Shown: positions 12,266 through 24,719 of the stretch, piece by piece
How the letters are laid out: the number at the start of each line of letters is the position of its first letter
Position numbering within the stretch: the stretch's first letter is position 1
Assembly (NCBI GenBank): GCA_051530055.1
Contig: CM121341.1
Span: 4,628,784 to 4,692,783 of the forward strand
Length of the DNA: 64,000 bases
Source: Neoechinorhynchus agilis
Lineage: Eukaryota; Animalia; Acanthocephala
Direction: 5' to 3'
Made by a program: the position numbers and the translations under genes
The notes under the pieces: generated by a model
What the model saw: only the letters and a program-made list of their open reading frames with translations
What the model was told of the DNA's origin: nothing
Database searches by the model: none

Positions 12266-12629
12266 TCGTTCTTATGTTGTACAAGTCGAAATCACCTTCA
12301 GTTGGAAATCGTTTGCTATTCGGACCGCTAATCTCGTTCATGAATGGGAAAACAATCTATTGCTCAAAATTGATGTTTGTTTTACAATGTGAAAAAAACA
12401 TTGAAAGCAATTCCTGATACAAAAGCAAAAACATTTGCTATATTTATACGAAGAAAAACAAAGCAGCAGCGGAACGAGGTGTTATTTTGCGAACATTTTA
12501 ACGCTACTTTAATTGGGATTTAATTATAGTTAAAAAAGGATCGGAGAAAAACTAAATTAGCTACCAGGTTTTAGTTTCATCAGCACGCCCAATCGCATTT
12601 TTATTCGTTTAACGCGATTGGTTCCATGG

Positions 12630-13240
12630 CGAAAGAGAAAAACGCATGTTTACTTTCTAATAAAAAAATTTCTTCATCTTTTGCAAAGAAGAAAATTGCA
12701 TATTTCCTGCAAAAAAACTAATTTTTCTTCGTCTAATGCCATTTATTTTTATTCAAAAAATGAAAATCGCATGTATCCTTTTCAGTTTTAATTTTTCAAT
12801 GAAATAACGCCAATTGTATTATTCTAAAAATTGAAATTGCATATTACCTTTCCAATCGAATTAATATAACGAGATTGATTTTTTTCTGAAATTTAACATC
12901 GCATGTTTCTTGCCCAAACGATTTTTTCTTCGCTCAACTCGATTTGGTTGCTTGCAAAAAGGAAAACTAGCGTTTCGTGTTTAATCAATTTTTTCGAATT
13001 TTGCCAAGAAGAAAATTGCATATTTCCCGTCCAATCCGATTTTACTTGGTGAAACGCGATTGGATTAATTCTAAAAAGAAAATCGCTTACTTTCTGCGAA
13101 ATAAATACTTTAATTCGTATAACGCGATTGGCTTTATTCTAAAAATTAAAATCGAATATTACAGTTCAATCGAATTTATCCAACGAGATTGAATTTATTT
13201 TGAAAAAGGAAAATCGCATGTTTCCCGGACAAATTCACTT
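12630..13240. repeat. Degenerate AT-rich repeat (~50-70 bp subunits, ~315 bp higher order) between the divergent kinase and TM genes
   Basis: Recurrent aaaa(t/c)(t/c)gcat(a/g)ttt motif about ten times, with similar blocks ~315 bp apart. Mirrored at ~21,420-22,040 and ~29,020-29,620. Confidence 0.6.
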
Positions 13241-13436
13241 TCTTACACTGATCTCCTCCTTAAGAAGGTCAATATTTTCTCTTGTTTCGTTAAGAATGTA
13301 GTTCCTAGATATTTTCTAAATAAGCTCAGAAAGCCGTTTATTTGTTTTTAGAATCATGTTTTACTAAGCAATAACATTTTGTTGATGATATTTCGCTGTA
13401 AATAGGTACAATCATTTCATCTCAAAACGAGTTGAT

Positions 13437-14441
13437 TTGCAAGTTGGTGTAAAAGTAAACGTTACCGTAACGTTCGAAGAGATTTTCGAAGCACGTCAAG
13501 GCGTTTTATTGTTTCCTTTGGCAAATAATGACTTCAATCAGAGCCTACATCGTGATAACTTCTGTCATTTTCCATACAATTCAATTTCTGATGTTCAGCG
13601 CATTTTTCAGAATGTATTACATTTCATTGTAAGTCTTGTTTCTTCATTTATACACAAGATTATAATCCCATTAAAATTTAGTGATGGTCCACTCATCGAA
13701 CTTTATCGATTTGATACTGATTTCACTCCGTCCGATTTTACACTTATTCTATTCGCTCTCACGATGTTCGCAAAGGTAAGAATCATTTCTCGAAAAAGAA
13801 ACATTGATGATCATTTTACTCTCCTTTTTCCTTTAGGTATCAACAACTTCTTCTACTCATTACATTGATAAAGATGTATCGTCGGTAGCGATACGAGATA
13901 TATTGTCTGTATTAATCTTAATGCTTTGGTATTTAGCAATTCAACTGCGGGCTTTCTTCGTAAGTCCAATTTTACTTAAGATTCTCAAAAACGAATTCTT
14001 AGTTTGTCGCAATTACTTCTGCATCTTATTTTATTGCACTATTGTCTTACCACAACGAACTTGTTGCTTTGTTTGATCGAAGGTACTGCTTTCATTTGGT
14101 CTCAATAATCATTGATTATTTTAGCGTCCGTGGTATATCCTGGAATCAATTAGTGCTGCTTAATGCCAATTCAGGACTTATTGGAATGGCTATAATTCTG
14201 TCCGTTTACTCGTTCTCGGCTTGGATGTATTATGGGCTCATGTACGATAACGTTTCTTATTTTTGCGCACTTTTCATGCTTATTGTGAGCTGCAATTTAT
14301 AGTTCTTTTTATAAATAATTCTAAATTTTTTAGACAATCGAACTCATGTACTATAATGAAGTCAGACATGGACGAAAGTCGGTTCATATAAAGTGCATTG
14401 GATCCTATTTTGTAATTGCGTTCTTTTGCCTCGGTATGTAA
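13437..14441 (+). CDS. Unknown multi-pass membrane protein, copy 2
   Basis: Near-identical to copy 1, 7566 bp downstream; lacks the 33 bp duplication. Confidence 0.55.
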
Positions 14442-15469
14442 AATGGTAGAGAACAATTTAAAATATTATTCGTTGATTGCTTTCTCGTGCAAACTTATAA
14501 TTTCGGCGATGGATTGATTTGTGTTTAGCGTTTTCTTCGTAGTTAACGTCTTCCATTTCGTCCATTTACGGACTCAGCAATTGAAATACTTCAAATAATT
14601 TAACTAGTAAACTCGTTGCCTCTTAGAAGAAGATTTGGGACGAAATTTCATCCGTCGGAATCAATAATCCCAATCGGATCCGTGGATTGCACATAATAGT
14701 TTCCGATTCTTTAGCTCCCTCTGGTTTAAATCGGTCGCGAAAACGTTTATTTTGATTGAAAAACCGTAACAATTTTTGTTTTAGAACAATTTTTGAGAGG
14801 CTATATTCCGATCGCGGACCGATGCATCGAATATGTGACTCTGTTATTATCTTCGCTTGCAACTGGAGCCGTAAAGATGTGGATTTGGCGAAGAACACAA
14901 AAAGATAAAGTATTAACAGCAATTGTATAAGCCAAGCGGCTTGAGGGTATTGGCTTTTGTAACAATAAACCGATTAATCTTGTGAAACACTACTTAATTT
15001 TCCAGTCGCATGATCAAGTTTTGGTTTTAGATGGGATAACGAAAAATCTTTATTTCCGATAGCTTTCACCGTCTTACGGCTTCCTCGGAAATCCACAAAC
15101 ACGCGGAGGGATTACGTTGACGTTAGACAAGCGATCGGATTATCAATGCCGTTCCTCAAATTGTGTTTCAAAGTTAATCAGCTCACTGATTCAAGTTGGT
15201 ACCGCAAACCGTGCCTTAAATGGATAGTCATGAATCGAGATTCCCAATTATCTTTGGGTAATGAAATAAGCAATTTATGCTAAAATGCATTGGTTAACAC
15301 TGATTTGCTCATTGTCATTAACGGAGAAACGATTATCTCTAGACGGAGTGAATGCAATTATCGCGGATAATGGATAGGCAGTTCCAGTAGCGGTGTGATT
15401 GAAAAAAGGAAAAACGGAACGGTGATGGTTGTGCATCCCCATGGATCGGATTAAACTCTTCTGCCCTCA

Positions 15470-16945
15470 TTACTCCCTCCACCCAACTTCAGCGTTTAAA
15501 ACCTCCCCATTTATCCGTCTGGGATAAACGCAATCATCACATAGAAAACTTTATAAAATTGTTCAACTCTAACATCTGCACATCCCACCCTGACAACACA
15601 AATGACTTTTCCTTGGCCATGTTCTCCTTAACTTCAATCACAAAATATTTTCTAACTCTCTTAAGAAAATCATTAGAATCTCGAACCGCGGCCCTCCATG
15701 GATAACTCCCATCTTGAAACTTCTTCAAAGGCAAGCTTCTAAGGCCCATCACAATAACTCTACAGACTTTCCCCGTTTGCAAAAAACACTAACTAACAAA
15801 ATACTTGTGGCCCACAAAAACTTCCTTTTCTCTAAAATTCGATCAGGTGGCTACTAAACATGGTGGCGGGCCGTCAAGGACTCTTGGTCTACGCTACCCG
15901 TATCCCTTCCTTAATTTGTCCTCTACTGAATTAAAACAGGTTCTAGATTCCATCAATCAGAAAATCTGCCCTGACTCAATTTAAAGTCACTGCTCCACAT
16001 CGGACACCACAAAATCTTTCACGCCCACACCTGAAACTTTTGTTAACTTACCGATACCCCCATTTAGTTTCGTTATACGAAGTACTACAACATCTCAAGA
16101 AATTACCTCTAAATTCGTCCACTGAATCCGAAATCCCAAACTTGGTTCTTCGCTACATCATCCCCGAACTAATCGGCCCTCTCGCCCACATTACAAACTT
16201 CAGCTTTTTCTATTATGCCTGGAAACTGTTAAAGGTATCCTTTTTCAAAAAAAGGACATCCAATGCCACTTAATAATTCCGTCCAATAATCCATTCTACC
16301 CGCCGCTCTTTCAAAAATCATCGAAAAATGTTTTAAATCTCGCCTTCTCCCACTTCGCAACAGCAAATTATCGCCTCTACAATTTGGCTTCCGGCCCAAA
16401 TTTTCTGCAACCGATGCCCGACTTTGCATTTATGACACGCTCCTTCGAAACCTCGACAATAATCCTTCCCACGTCACCCGTTTCATTCAACTGGATTTAT
16501 CGAATGCTTTCGACTCCGTGGACCATTCACTCCTTCTCCGGGCCCACTTCGATTTTGGTCTCAACTTGTGGCAGATCCGCTGACTCAAATCTTATCTTCA
16601 CAATCGGAAACAATACATTCACTGCCGTTCTACTTCTTCTATCAGCCTATCCCTCACCAAAGGCGTTCCTCAAGATGCCGTCCTATCACCACTTTTTTTT
16701 AATATTTTCTTAGACGACCTTCAACCACTCTCCTCTTTCTCGAAGCTTTTCTTATATGCCGATGATATCACCCTCATCACCCATTGACCACCCCATCCTT
16801 TCTCTCCTTAACCTCCAACGAAATCACCCACATAAACGATTTCGGCACCAATCACAAACTCCACCTGAATTTCTTTAATGCTCCGAAATGATCCCCTCTC
16901 TTCAGAAACCCCACATCATTCCCTGAGCTTCTAAATGACATTCTA
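15470..16945 (+). mobile_element. CR1/L2-like remnant, copy 2 (truncated at the palindrome spacer)
   Basis: Matches 7900-9390; homology stops at acgggtcaccgggtc (~16,945). Confidence 0.75.
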
Positions 16946-17748
16946 CGGGTCACCGGGTCAAAATCCCTTATATATCATCTACATATCATAAACCCGATGA
17001 GGTTCGCAGAACGTCTTTAATACAAAAATTATTTTGCTTTCGAATTTCTCTTTCAAGTATTCTTTTCATCACTTTACTTATAGGTTCTTTTCTGGCGTGT
17101 TGAAATTGAAATGATTTTATGTTAAATAAGATATTTAGAAGGCACAATCCTGTACGCACTTATCAAAGTTGTTTGGAAGTGTTGACGATGTTCTTGCAAT
17201 CAATATTGATAAAGGCATACAAGATTATACCTTCGAAATATCGGATTGAAAATGAATTCATTTCAATTTCTACGCGCCATAAAACAAAAACTATGAACAG
17301 TGAAATCTTCAAACACTTTACTTATAGTCTTTGAGGGTTAGAAGAGTTATTAGCACTGTAGGAAATTGTGGCATTTTCGTGCAGGTGTAACCAGTCTTTC
17401 CAACTGGATTTAGCCCTTTGGAATCGGATTTACAATAGGAACAACCATCTCAGGAGATTTTTCTTCCAATAATATAATCCAGTTGAAACCGTGCCAAACC
17501 ACCACCCATTGCAATCAAAGATTTATTTCGGAACGTTATCACCATCCAATCAACCATTGTGGCAAACTTAATGAGACTGATTGATAATAATGTTGTTAAT
17601 AAGAAATCGAAATTAAATTTACGCTGATCAACAAATAATGCAGTTCTGTTAAATATATCACGAATGGGGTTCTTGTAGTTATTGATTAGTGACTCGAACA
17701 TATATTTAACATTGTTGATAAAATATGGTGAAGAAAATAAGAACTGAG

Positions 17749-17790
17749 AAATTCGTGAATTTTCGGCCTTAGCGTAGGCCTTCTTCAGAC
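17749..17790 (-). ncRNA. PLE-type hammerhead ribozyme core (stem I partner absent)
   Basis: Minus strand reads CUGAAGA-A-GGCCU acgcu(a) AGGCC-GAAA-AUUC ac GAAU-U-U. Stems II and III pair; the sequence 3' of position 17 does not pair with the upstream GAUAGU. Confidence 0.7.
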
Positions 17791-19050
17791 TATCTAAAAT
17801 GAATCGGTCACAAATCCTATGTCCTTTTGGAACGATATCTGGCGGAACGCGTAGGCGGAGTGTGTAATCGCCCTTTGGATAAACATCGCATCCATCGTCG
17901 TTCTACCCCGTCGGTTTCTACACTCTGCGAGAACCTCAGTTGCTCCAAAATCGATTTGGTGTCCACTCTCAATCGTATGATGTACAATCGCGGACTTCGT
18001 ATCCATTTGTTTGGAGACAGCTCTCCGGTGTTCAACAAGACGCCTCTTGAGATTGTTCGTCCCACATACGATTGATCACAATCCCTGCAGGGGATTTTAT
18101 AAAGACACTCTGTTGCACCATCAACTGTTCTTTTAGGTTGCAACATGCTGTACATTGTCTGTCCCTTCTTGCAATATAGAACACACTCCTTCTTCACATC
18201 GAGTCGTTTGACCAAGGTTTCAATATTACAGTTCCAATTCTCGTTAATATATGGAACTTCAATATATCGGGTGTCTGCATTCGTTGAAGGAACGATATCC
18301 CGATCTTTTGTGGGTGGCCGTCGGATAGTTTGCTATACATTTTTCCATGTCCATAATAATAGTTTTCTTGGATAGCCTGCTTTACGCATTCGAGCAATAT
18401 CTGTATGCTCGGTTAACCAGTGATCGAACTCTCGATATCTTATATTAACGCGGCTGAAACCCAAGGTACTATTTGAGATGACACTCCATGTTTGATGTAG
18501 ACCGCAGTTGAGAATGTACAATCCTGGTTCCTACTAACTTTCACATCCAAAAATGGTAAAACTCCACAATCCTCCCTTTCACATGTCCATTGTATGTTGG
18601 GATCTGTTTCATTTAGCTCCTGTTGTAGTCGAGTAACGGTGCATTCGTTTTGGTCCAATATGATAAAGGTGTCATCCACATAACGACACCAAAATTGAAT
18701 CCCTGTCAGTTTAGATAGATTTGAGTCTTCCCAGTGTCTCTTATACAGCTCAGCTAGGACCGGAGAAAGTGGACTTCCCATTGCTAGGCCATCAACCTGA
18801 TCGAAGTTCTGTCCTTCAAATTCGAAATTAGAGAATTTCGTACAAAAGAGAACTTTCGCCAGTTGGCCGCTGACAGATACCATTGACAGTGGGATAGCAA
18901 GTTCAATGGCATCTTCCACTGGTATTCGTGTGAAGAGGAATACTTCATCCGCTGAGATCATAACGCACGAATCATAAATTGACTTCCTGTTTAGCCGATT
19001 GATAAAATCTACTCCAGATATGACCACGTTGTTTAACTCCGGTAGGCATG
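17749..19050 (-). mobile_element. Penelope-like retroelement (RT + GIY-YIG), 5'-truncated and decayed, near the palindrome axis
   Basis: RT: GLAMGSPLSPVLAELY, RYVDDTF, LPFLDVKVSR, FSTAVYIK. GIY-YIG: LYKIPCRDCDQSYVGRT, SAIVHHTIESGHQIDF. A hammerhead core follows the ORF. Confidence 0.92.
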
Positions 19051-20202
19051 TTTTGAGAAAGAGTGTACGTATTCCTTAGGAGCAAATTCCCTTAATTTCT
19101 TTAAGATGTTAGTACTAAAAAAGTCTTGTCATCTATATATTTTAACCTCTCATTTCTGAAAATATAGAGGTATTTTCAGTCTCAAACTAAAATATTTGTC
19201 CAAGGTCTAATTCGTCGCACGCTTTCCATGAATAGATGTCTCCGAAATGACAATATTTCTCAGCAGTAAGGTTGGAAGTGACAGCAAATTTATGTAGTAT
19301 CATATATTGTATTCCCTCTTCAGGATACTATCCCATTTTGAGTGCTTACTCATCTCCGAAGAATTTAATTTGAAGTTATTTTAATACCGCACTCGGTGAA
19401 AACGAGATTAGGGTACTTAAAAGCATGATCGAAACTACCAGACTCAACCAATTCTTGATTAATAGCGAACAATTCTTTATTTAAAAAAGGTTGATTAATT
19501 TCTGAAATCCGCACGTTGAAATGTACAAAATAAAGAAAATGGTCCAATTTCACAAAAACAAATAATCAAATGATTTTTAATCCTATACTAAATTTTAATG
19601 AGCTAATGAGTTAACAGGGTCAGAAATAACCACAGTGAAGTAAAAGTGTAATCAATTTTTTAGAAATTGGTTTATTGTTACAAAAGCCAATACCCTCAAG
19701 CCGCTTGGCTTATACAATTACTGTTAATACTTTATCTTTTTGTGTTCTTCGCCAAATCCACATCTTTACGGCTCAGTTGCAAGCGAAGATAATAACAGAG
19801 TCACATATTCGATGCATCGGTCCGCGATCGGAATACTGTAGCCTCTCAAAAATTGTTCTAAAACAAAAATTGTTACGGTTTTTCAATCAAAATAAACGTT
19901 TTCGCGACCGATTTAAACCAGAGGGAGCTAAAGAATCGGAAACTATTATGTGCAATCCACGGATCCGATTGGGATTATTGATTCCAAAACGGATGAAATT
20001 TCGTCCCAAATCTTCTTCTAAGAGGCAACGAGTTTACTAGTTAAATTATTTGAAGTATTTCAATTGCTGAGTCCGTAAATGGACGAAATGGAAGACGTTA
20101 ACTACGAAGAAAACGCTAAACACAAATCAATCCATCGCCGAAATTATAAGTTTGCACGAGAAAGCAATAAACGAATAATATTTTAAATTGTTCTCTACCA
20201 TT

Positions 20203-21210
20203 TTACATACCGAGGCAAAGAACGCAATTACAAAATAGGATCCAATGCACTTTATATGAACCGACTTTCGTCCATGTCTGACTTCATTATAGTACATGAG
20301 TTCGATTGTCTAAAAAATTTAGAATTATTTATAAAAAAGAACTATAAATTGCAGCTCACAATAAGCATGAAAAGTGCGCAAAAATAAGAAACGTTATCAT
20401 TACATGAGCCCATAATACATCCAAGCCGAGAACGAGTAAACGGACAGGAGTATAGCCATTCCAATAAGTCCTGAATTGGCATTAAGCAGCGCTAATTGAT
20501 TCCAGGATATACCACGGACGCTAAAATAATCAATGATTATTGAGACCAAATGAAAGCAGTACCTTCGATCAAACAAAGCAACAAGTTCGTTGTGGTAAGA
20601 CAATAGTGCAATAAAATAAGCTGCAGAAGTAATTGCGACAAACTAAGAATTCGTTTTTTGAGAATCTTAAGTAAAATTGGACTTACGAAGAAAGCCCGCA
20701 GTTGAATTGCTAAATACCAAAGCATTAAGATTAATACAGACAATATATCTCGTATGCCGACGATACATGCTATCAATGTAAATGAGTAGAAGAAGTTGTT
20801 GATACCTAAAGGAAAAAGGAGAGTAAAATGATCATCAATGTTTCTTTTTCGAGAAATGATTCTTTACCTTTGCGAACATCGTGAGAGCGAATAGAATAAG
20901 TGTAAAATCGGACGAATTGAAATCAGTATCAAATCGATAAAGTTCGATGAGTGGACCATCACTAAATTTTAATGGGATTATAATCTTGCGTATAAATGAA
21001 GAAACAAGACTTACAATGAAATGTAATACATTCTGAAAAATGCGCTGAACATCAGAAATTGAATTGTATGGAAAATGACAGAAGTTATCACGATGTAGTC
21101 TCTGATAGGAAGTCATTATTTGCCAAAGGAAACAATAAAACGCCTTGACGTGCTTCGAAAATCTCTTCGAACGTTACGGTAACGTTTACTTTTACACCAA
21201 CTTCGCAAAT
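20203..21210 (-). CDS. Unknown multi-pass membrane protein, copy 3 (several indels; possibly consensus errors or a pseudogene)
   Basis: Reverse complement of copy 2 with scattered 1-3 bp indels at 20.7-21.4 kb. Confidence 0.45.
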
Positions 21211-22408
21211 CAACTCGTTTTGAGATGAAATGATTGTACCTATTTACAGCGAAATATACATCAACAAAATGTTATTGCTTATGTAAAACATGATTCCCTA
21301 AAAACAAATAAACGGCTTTTCTGAGCTTATTTAGAAAATATCTAGGAACTACATTCTTAACGAAACAAGAGAAAATATTGACCTTCTATTTAGGAGGAGA
21401 TCAGTGTAAGAAAGTGAATTTGTCCGGGAAACATGCGATTTTCCTTTTTCAAAATAAATTCAATCTCGTTGGATAAATTCGATTGAACTGTAATATTCGA
21501 TTTTAATTTTTAGAATAAAAGCCAATCGCATTATACGAATTAAAAAGTATTTATTTCGCAGAAAGTAAGCGATTTTTCTTTTTAGAATTAATCCAATCGC
21601 AAGTTTCACCAAGTAAAATCGGATTGGACGGGAAATATGCAATTTTCTTCTTGGCAAAATTCGAAAAAATTGATTAAACACGAAACGCTAGTTTTCCTTT
21701 TTGCAAGCAACCAAATCGAGTTGAGCGAAGAAAAAATCGTTTGGGCAAGAAACATCGCGTGTTAAATTTCAGAAAAAATCAATCTCGTTATATTAATTCG
21801 ATTGGAAAGGTAATATGCAATTTCAATTTTTAGAATAATACAATTGGCGTTATATTCATTGGAAAAAATTAAACTGAAAAGTGATACATGCGATTTTCAT
21901 TTTTTGAATAAAAAATAAATGGCATTAGACGAAGAAAAAATGTAGATTTTTTTGCAGGAAATATGCAATTTTCTTCTTTGCAAAAGATGAAGAAATTTTT
22001 TTATTATGAAAAGTAAAGCATGCGTTTTTCTCTTTCGCCATAGAACCAATCGCGTTAAACGAATAAAAATCGCGATTGGGCGTTCTGATGAAACTAAAAC
22101 CTGGTAGCTAATTTAGTTTTCTCGATCCTTTTAACTACAATTAAATCCCAATTAAATTAGCTAGTTAAAATGTTCGCAAAATAACACCTCGTTCCGCTGC
22201 TGCTTTGTTTTTCTTCGTGTAAATATAGCAAATGCGCCTTTTTTTGCTTTTGTATCAAGGAATTGCTTTCAATGTTTTTTTCACATTGTAAAACAAACCA
22301 TCAATTTTGAGCAATAGATTGTTTTCCCATTCATGAACGAGATTAGCGGTCCGAATAGCAAACGATTTCCAACTGAAGGTGATTTCGACTTGTACAACAT
22401 AAGAACGA

Positions 22409-23344
22409 ATGTTTTCGTTATGGAACCATTCATCAGTGTTCGTGAACGGTCATAAGATTTGTCTAAAAGGAAGACTTGGCCGAAGATCCCGTAACAAGGT
22501 CTACCGCGGCATTTTATCACAAACGAACGAGCCAGTCGCATTAAAAGAAAGTTCATTCAATGAAACAAACCCATTGAAATCCACGATATGTTTCGCACAA
22601 TCCATGGCTGAGATTGGGTCCTACATAAAGCTCAGTGATTGTCCGAGAGTTGCTCGTTTATACGATTATGAACTCAACATGGACGAAAAACGCGCTCGAT
22701 TAGTTATGGAACTTTGCAATGAAAACCTTTATAAACACTCATTGAGTCGTCGTGGATTTAGATTGAACATGAGCTTATGGTATTCAATGGTTTTGGCAGT
22801 CAATGAGGTGCACGAACGAGATATCATTCATGCGGACATAAAACCCGAGAACTTTGTGTTTGGAAACGACGGAAATGTGAAATTAATCGATTTCGGGTAC
22901 TCGATTACTGTTAAACCGCAACCGAGTTTTAATTATTACAGGGGAACGTTGCCCTATGTAAGCCCAGAAGTTCTGGCTCATAGATATCGAATATTCTTTT
23001 TTTTTGGATTGTATTTCGATTTTGAATATTCGATTATTAAGCCGTATGGAATGTACTCAACGAAATGCGATGTTTGGGCTTTAGGTTGCATTCTCTACGA
23101 GATGGTCTACGGTGAACCGTATATTTCAAACGGAATTATTAGCACAATATTTAACAGCGATAAAGTTGTTCTGAACAAGATGGCAAGGATAAAGTTCCCA
23201 AAGTTAGAGGACCTCGATCTATTCGATTTACTATACAAATGCATGAGTCTTTCACCTTGTTTAAGATTATCTACCGGGGAAATTTTAGAACATCGTTTCA
23301 TGAGACGAGCGCGGCGTGTATTCGATATTGAAAATATTCATTAG
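22409..23344 (+). CDS. Mps1/TTK-like kinase, copy 2
   Basis: 311 aa ORF; differs from copy 1 only at IFFLFG vs IFFFFG. Confidence 0.85.
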   Translation: MFSLWNHSSVFVNGHKICLKGRLGRRSRNKVYRGILSQTNEPVALKESSFNETNPLKSTICFAQSMAEIGSYIKLSDCPRVARLYDYELNMDEKRARLVMELCNENLYKHSLSRRGFRLNMSLWYSMVLAVNEVHERDIIHADIKPENFVFGNDGNVKLIDFGYSITVKPQPSFNYYRGTLPYVSPEVLAHRYRIFFFFGLYFDFEYSIIKPYGMYSTKCDVWALGCILYEMVYGEPYISNGIISTIFNSDKVVLNKMARIKFPKLEDLDLFDLLYKCMSLSPCLRLSTGEILEHRFMRRARRVFDIENIH

Positions 23345-23458
23345 GAATAAAATACAGCTTATATTTTTCTAATCGAGTCACCTTTTTTTGTCAGAACCAA
23401 TCATCTTCACGGAACATAGACAAAAAACAGCTTTAAAATTGGGATAGAAGACAAAACT

Positions 23459-24410
23459 TTAATCAAGATTAACACAAACAGCAGCCACTGACGGTAGAAT
23501 ATCGCATATTTGTTTGTTGATTTCTCTAGAAATCTCTTTAGGATTACCACAATAACAGTAGCCTTTGATAGTAACAACGGCGTATTCACCAAATCCCGTT
23601 GTCCAGCAATGTTGTCTATCCTTGAACACGACGCGATCGCCAAATCTTGAGAGAATTTGGTCAACGTCTCTTCTCAAGAAGTGATCAGTTTTGTGCAGTA
23701 GAATGCCCGAAGTTAGTGAAAAGAACGGATACATTGTTATCCAAACAATGATAGTAAACAAAACAAGTTGCATGTGAGCTTTTCTATGAGTTCGATCGAT
23801 GCTCGTTAAAAAAATTGAGATCATCATGAGATTCGCCATGAGTAAAAAAGCGTTCGGGCGCGTTTTTGAGAACGGCCAAACTACTTGAAAAATGTTTGAA
23901 TTCGCATGATCCAATGCTATGAATCCTTCAGGCGGAATAGAGATCTTGTCTGAAGGATCCGAGAATGCGAATGCTCGATGATGGAACGCTTTTAAACACA
24001 AAACGTGGCTCATGTAAATAACAAAATTAAAAATGGTAAACTTGGTGTCCTCAGAATGGCTTTGATGGTGAGGTTCGTGGTGCTCATGGATCCAAACTTC
24101 TTTTATGACAAATAAAATATACAACCACGTTGTCGTAAGCTCTTTTGTCCTCTTAAAAGTGACCACCAAGAAGGCAAAAGTTTTGTTTAGATGCAACGAA
24201 CACGCTAAGCACTTGGAATCGAGGAATAAATCCAAGCGGGAATTTCCGTTTATCAACACTTAGTCCTTTCTCGGTCAAATATGAACCGGTGTAACATATA
24301 TCGAATACCAGAAGAGCTCCAAGAAGTCGTTCCGATAAGCCAACTGTAAATGTCCATAAAAAAAGACAAATCGATAACACACACATTGAAGACGCAATCC
24401 ATTTTGACAT
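23459..24410 (-). CDS. SLC30A6: ZnT6/SLC30A6-like transporter, copy 2
   Basis: ORF translations identical to copy 1. Confidence 0.75.
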
Positions 24411-24719
24411 TCTGAAAAAAGTGTTTTTAGGGGAAAAGATATATTAATCTTTATGAGGTCAATTATGTAAAATATTCACAAAAACTTTTCTGCGTTAACT
24501 GGGTTTTTTTAAAACGAGGATTAATTTTTATGGGGCCTTCAAAATAAAGGGACTTTACCAAGGATTCTGTAAGAACAACACGTTTTATTTGCTGATTTGT
24601 TGATTCACAAAGAAGATTAGCCCTGTAGCTTTGGGTCCTCACAAAAACACTCGAGTTCTGATCGATTTTGGGGTGGAAAAGGAGTGCGTTCCAGTGGGAA
24701 TCTCCGGTTCGGTTGGAAG

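Noticed and set aside
17000-17720. Host gene in the palindrome spacer interrupted by the PLE (with 19,060-19,560)
   Set aside because: Only short ORFs with no recognisable motif; cannot be supported.
20700-22300. Pseudogenisation of the inner right-arm copies
   Set aside because: Scattered 1-3 bp indels look like low-coverage long-read consensus error; cannot be called biological without reads.
22984-23041. Intron or MITE inside the kinase (11 bp inverted repeat atcgaatattc/gaatattcgat, hydrophobic insert after SPE)
   Set aside because: The only GT-AG option (31 nt) breaks the frame in all copies, and Mps1-type kinases have an insert here. Treated as coding; the copy 3 frameshift may be a homopolymer error.
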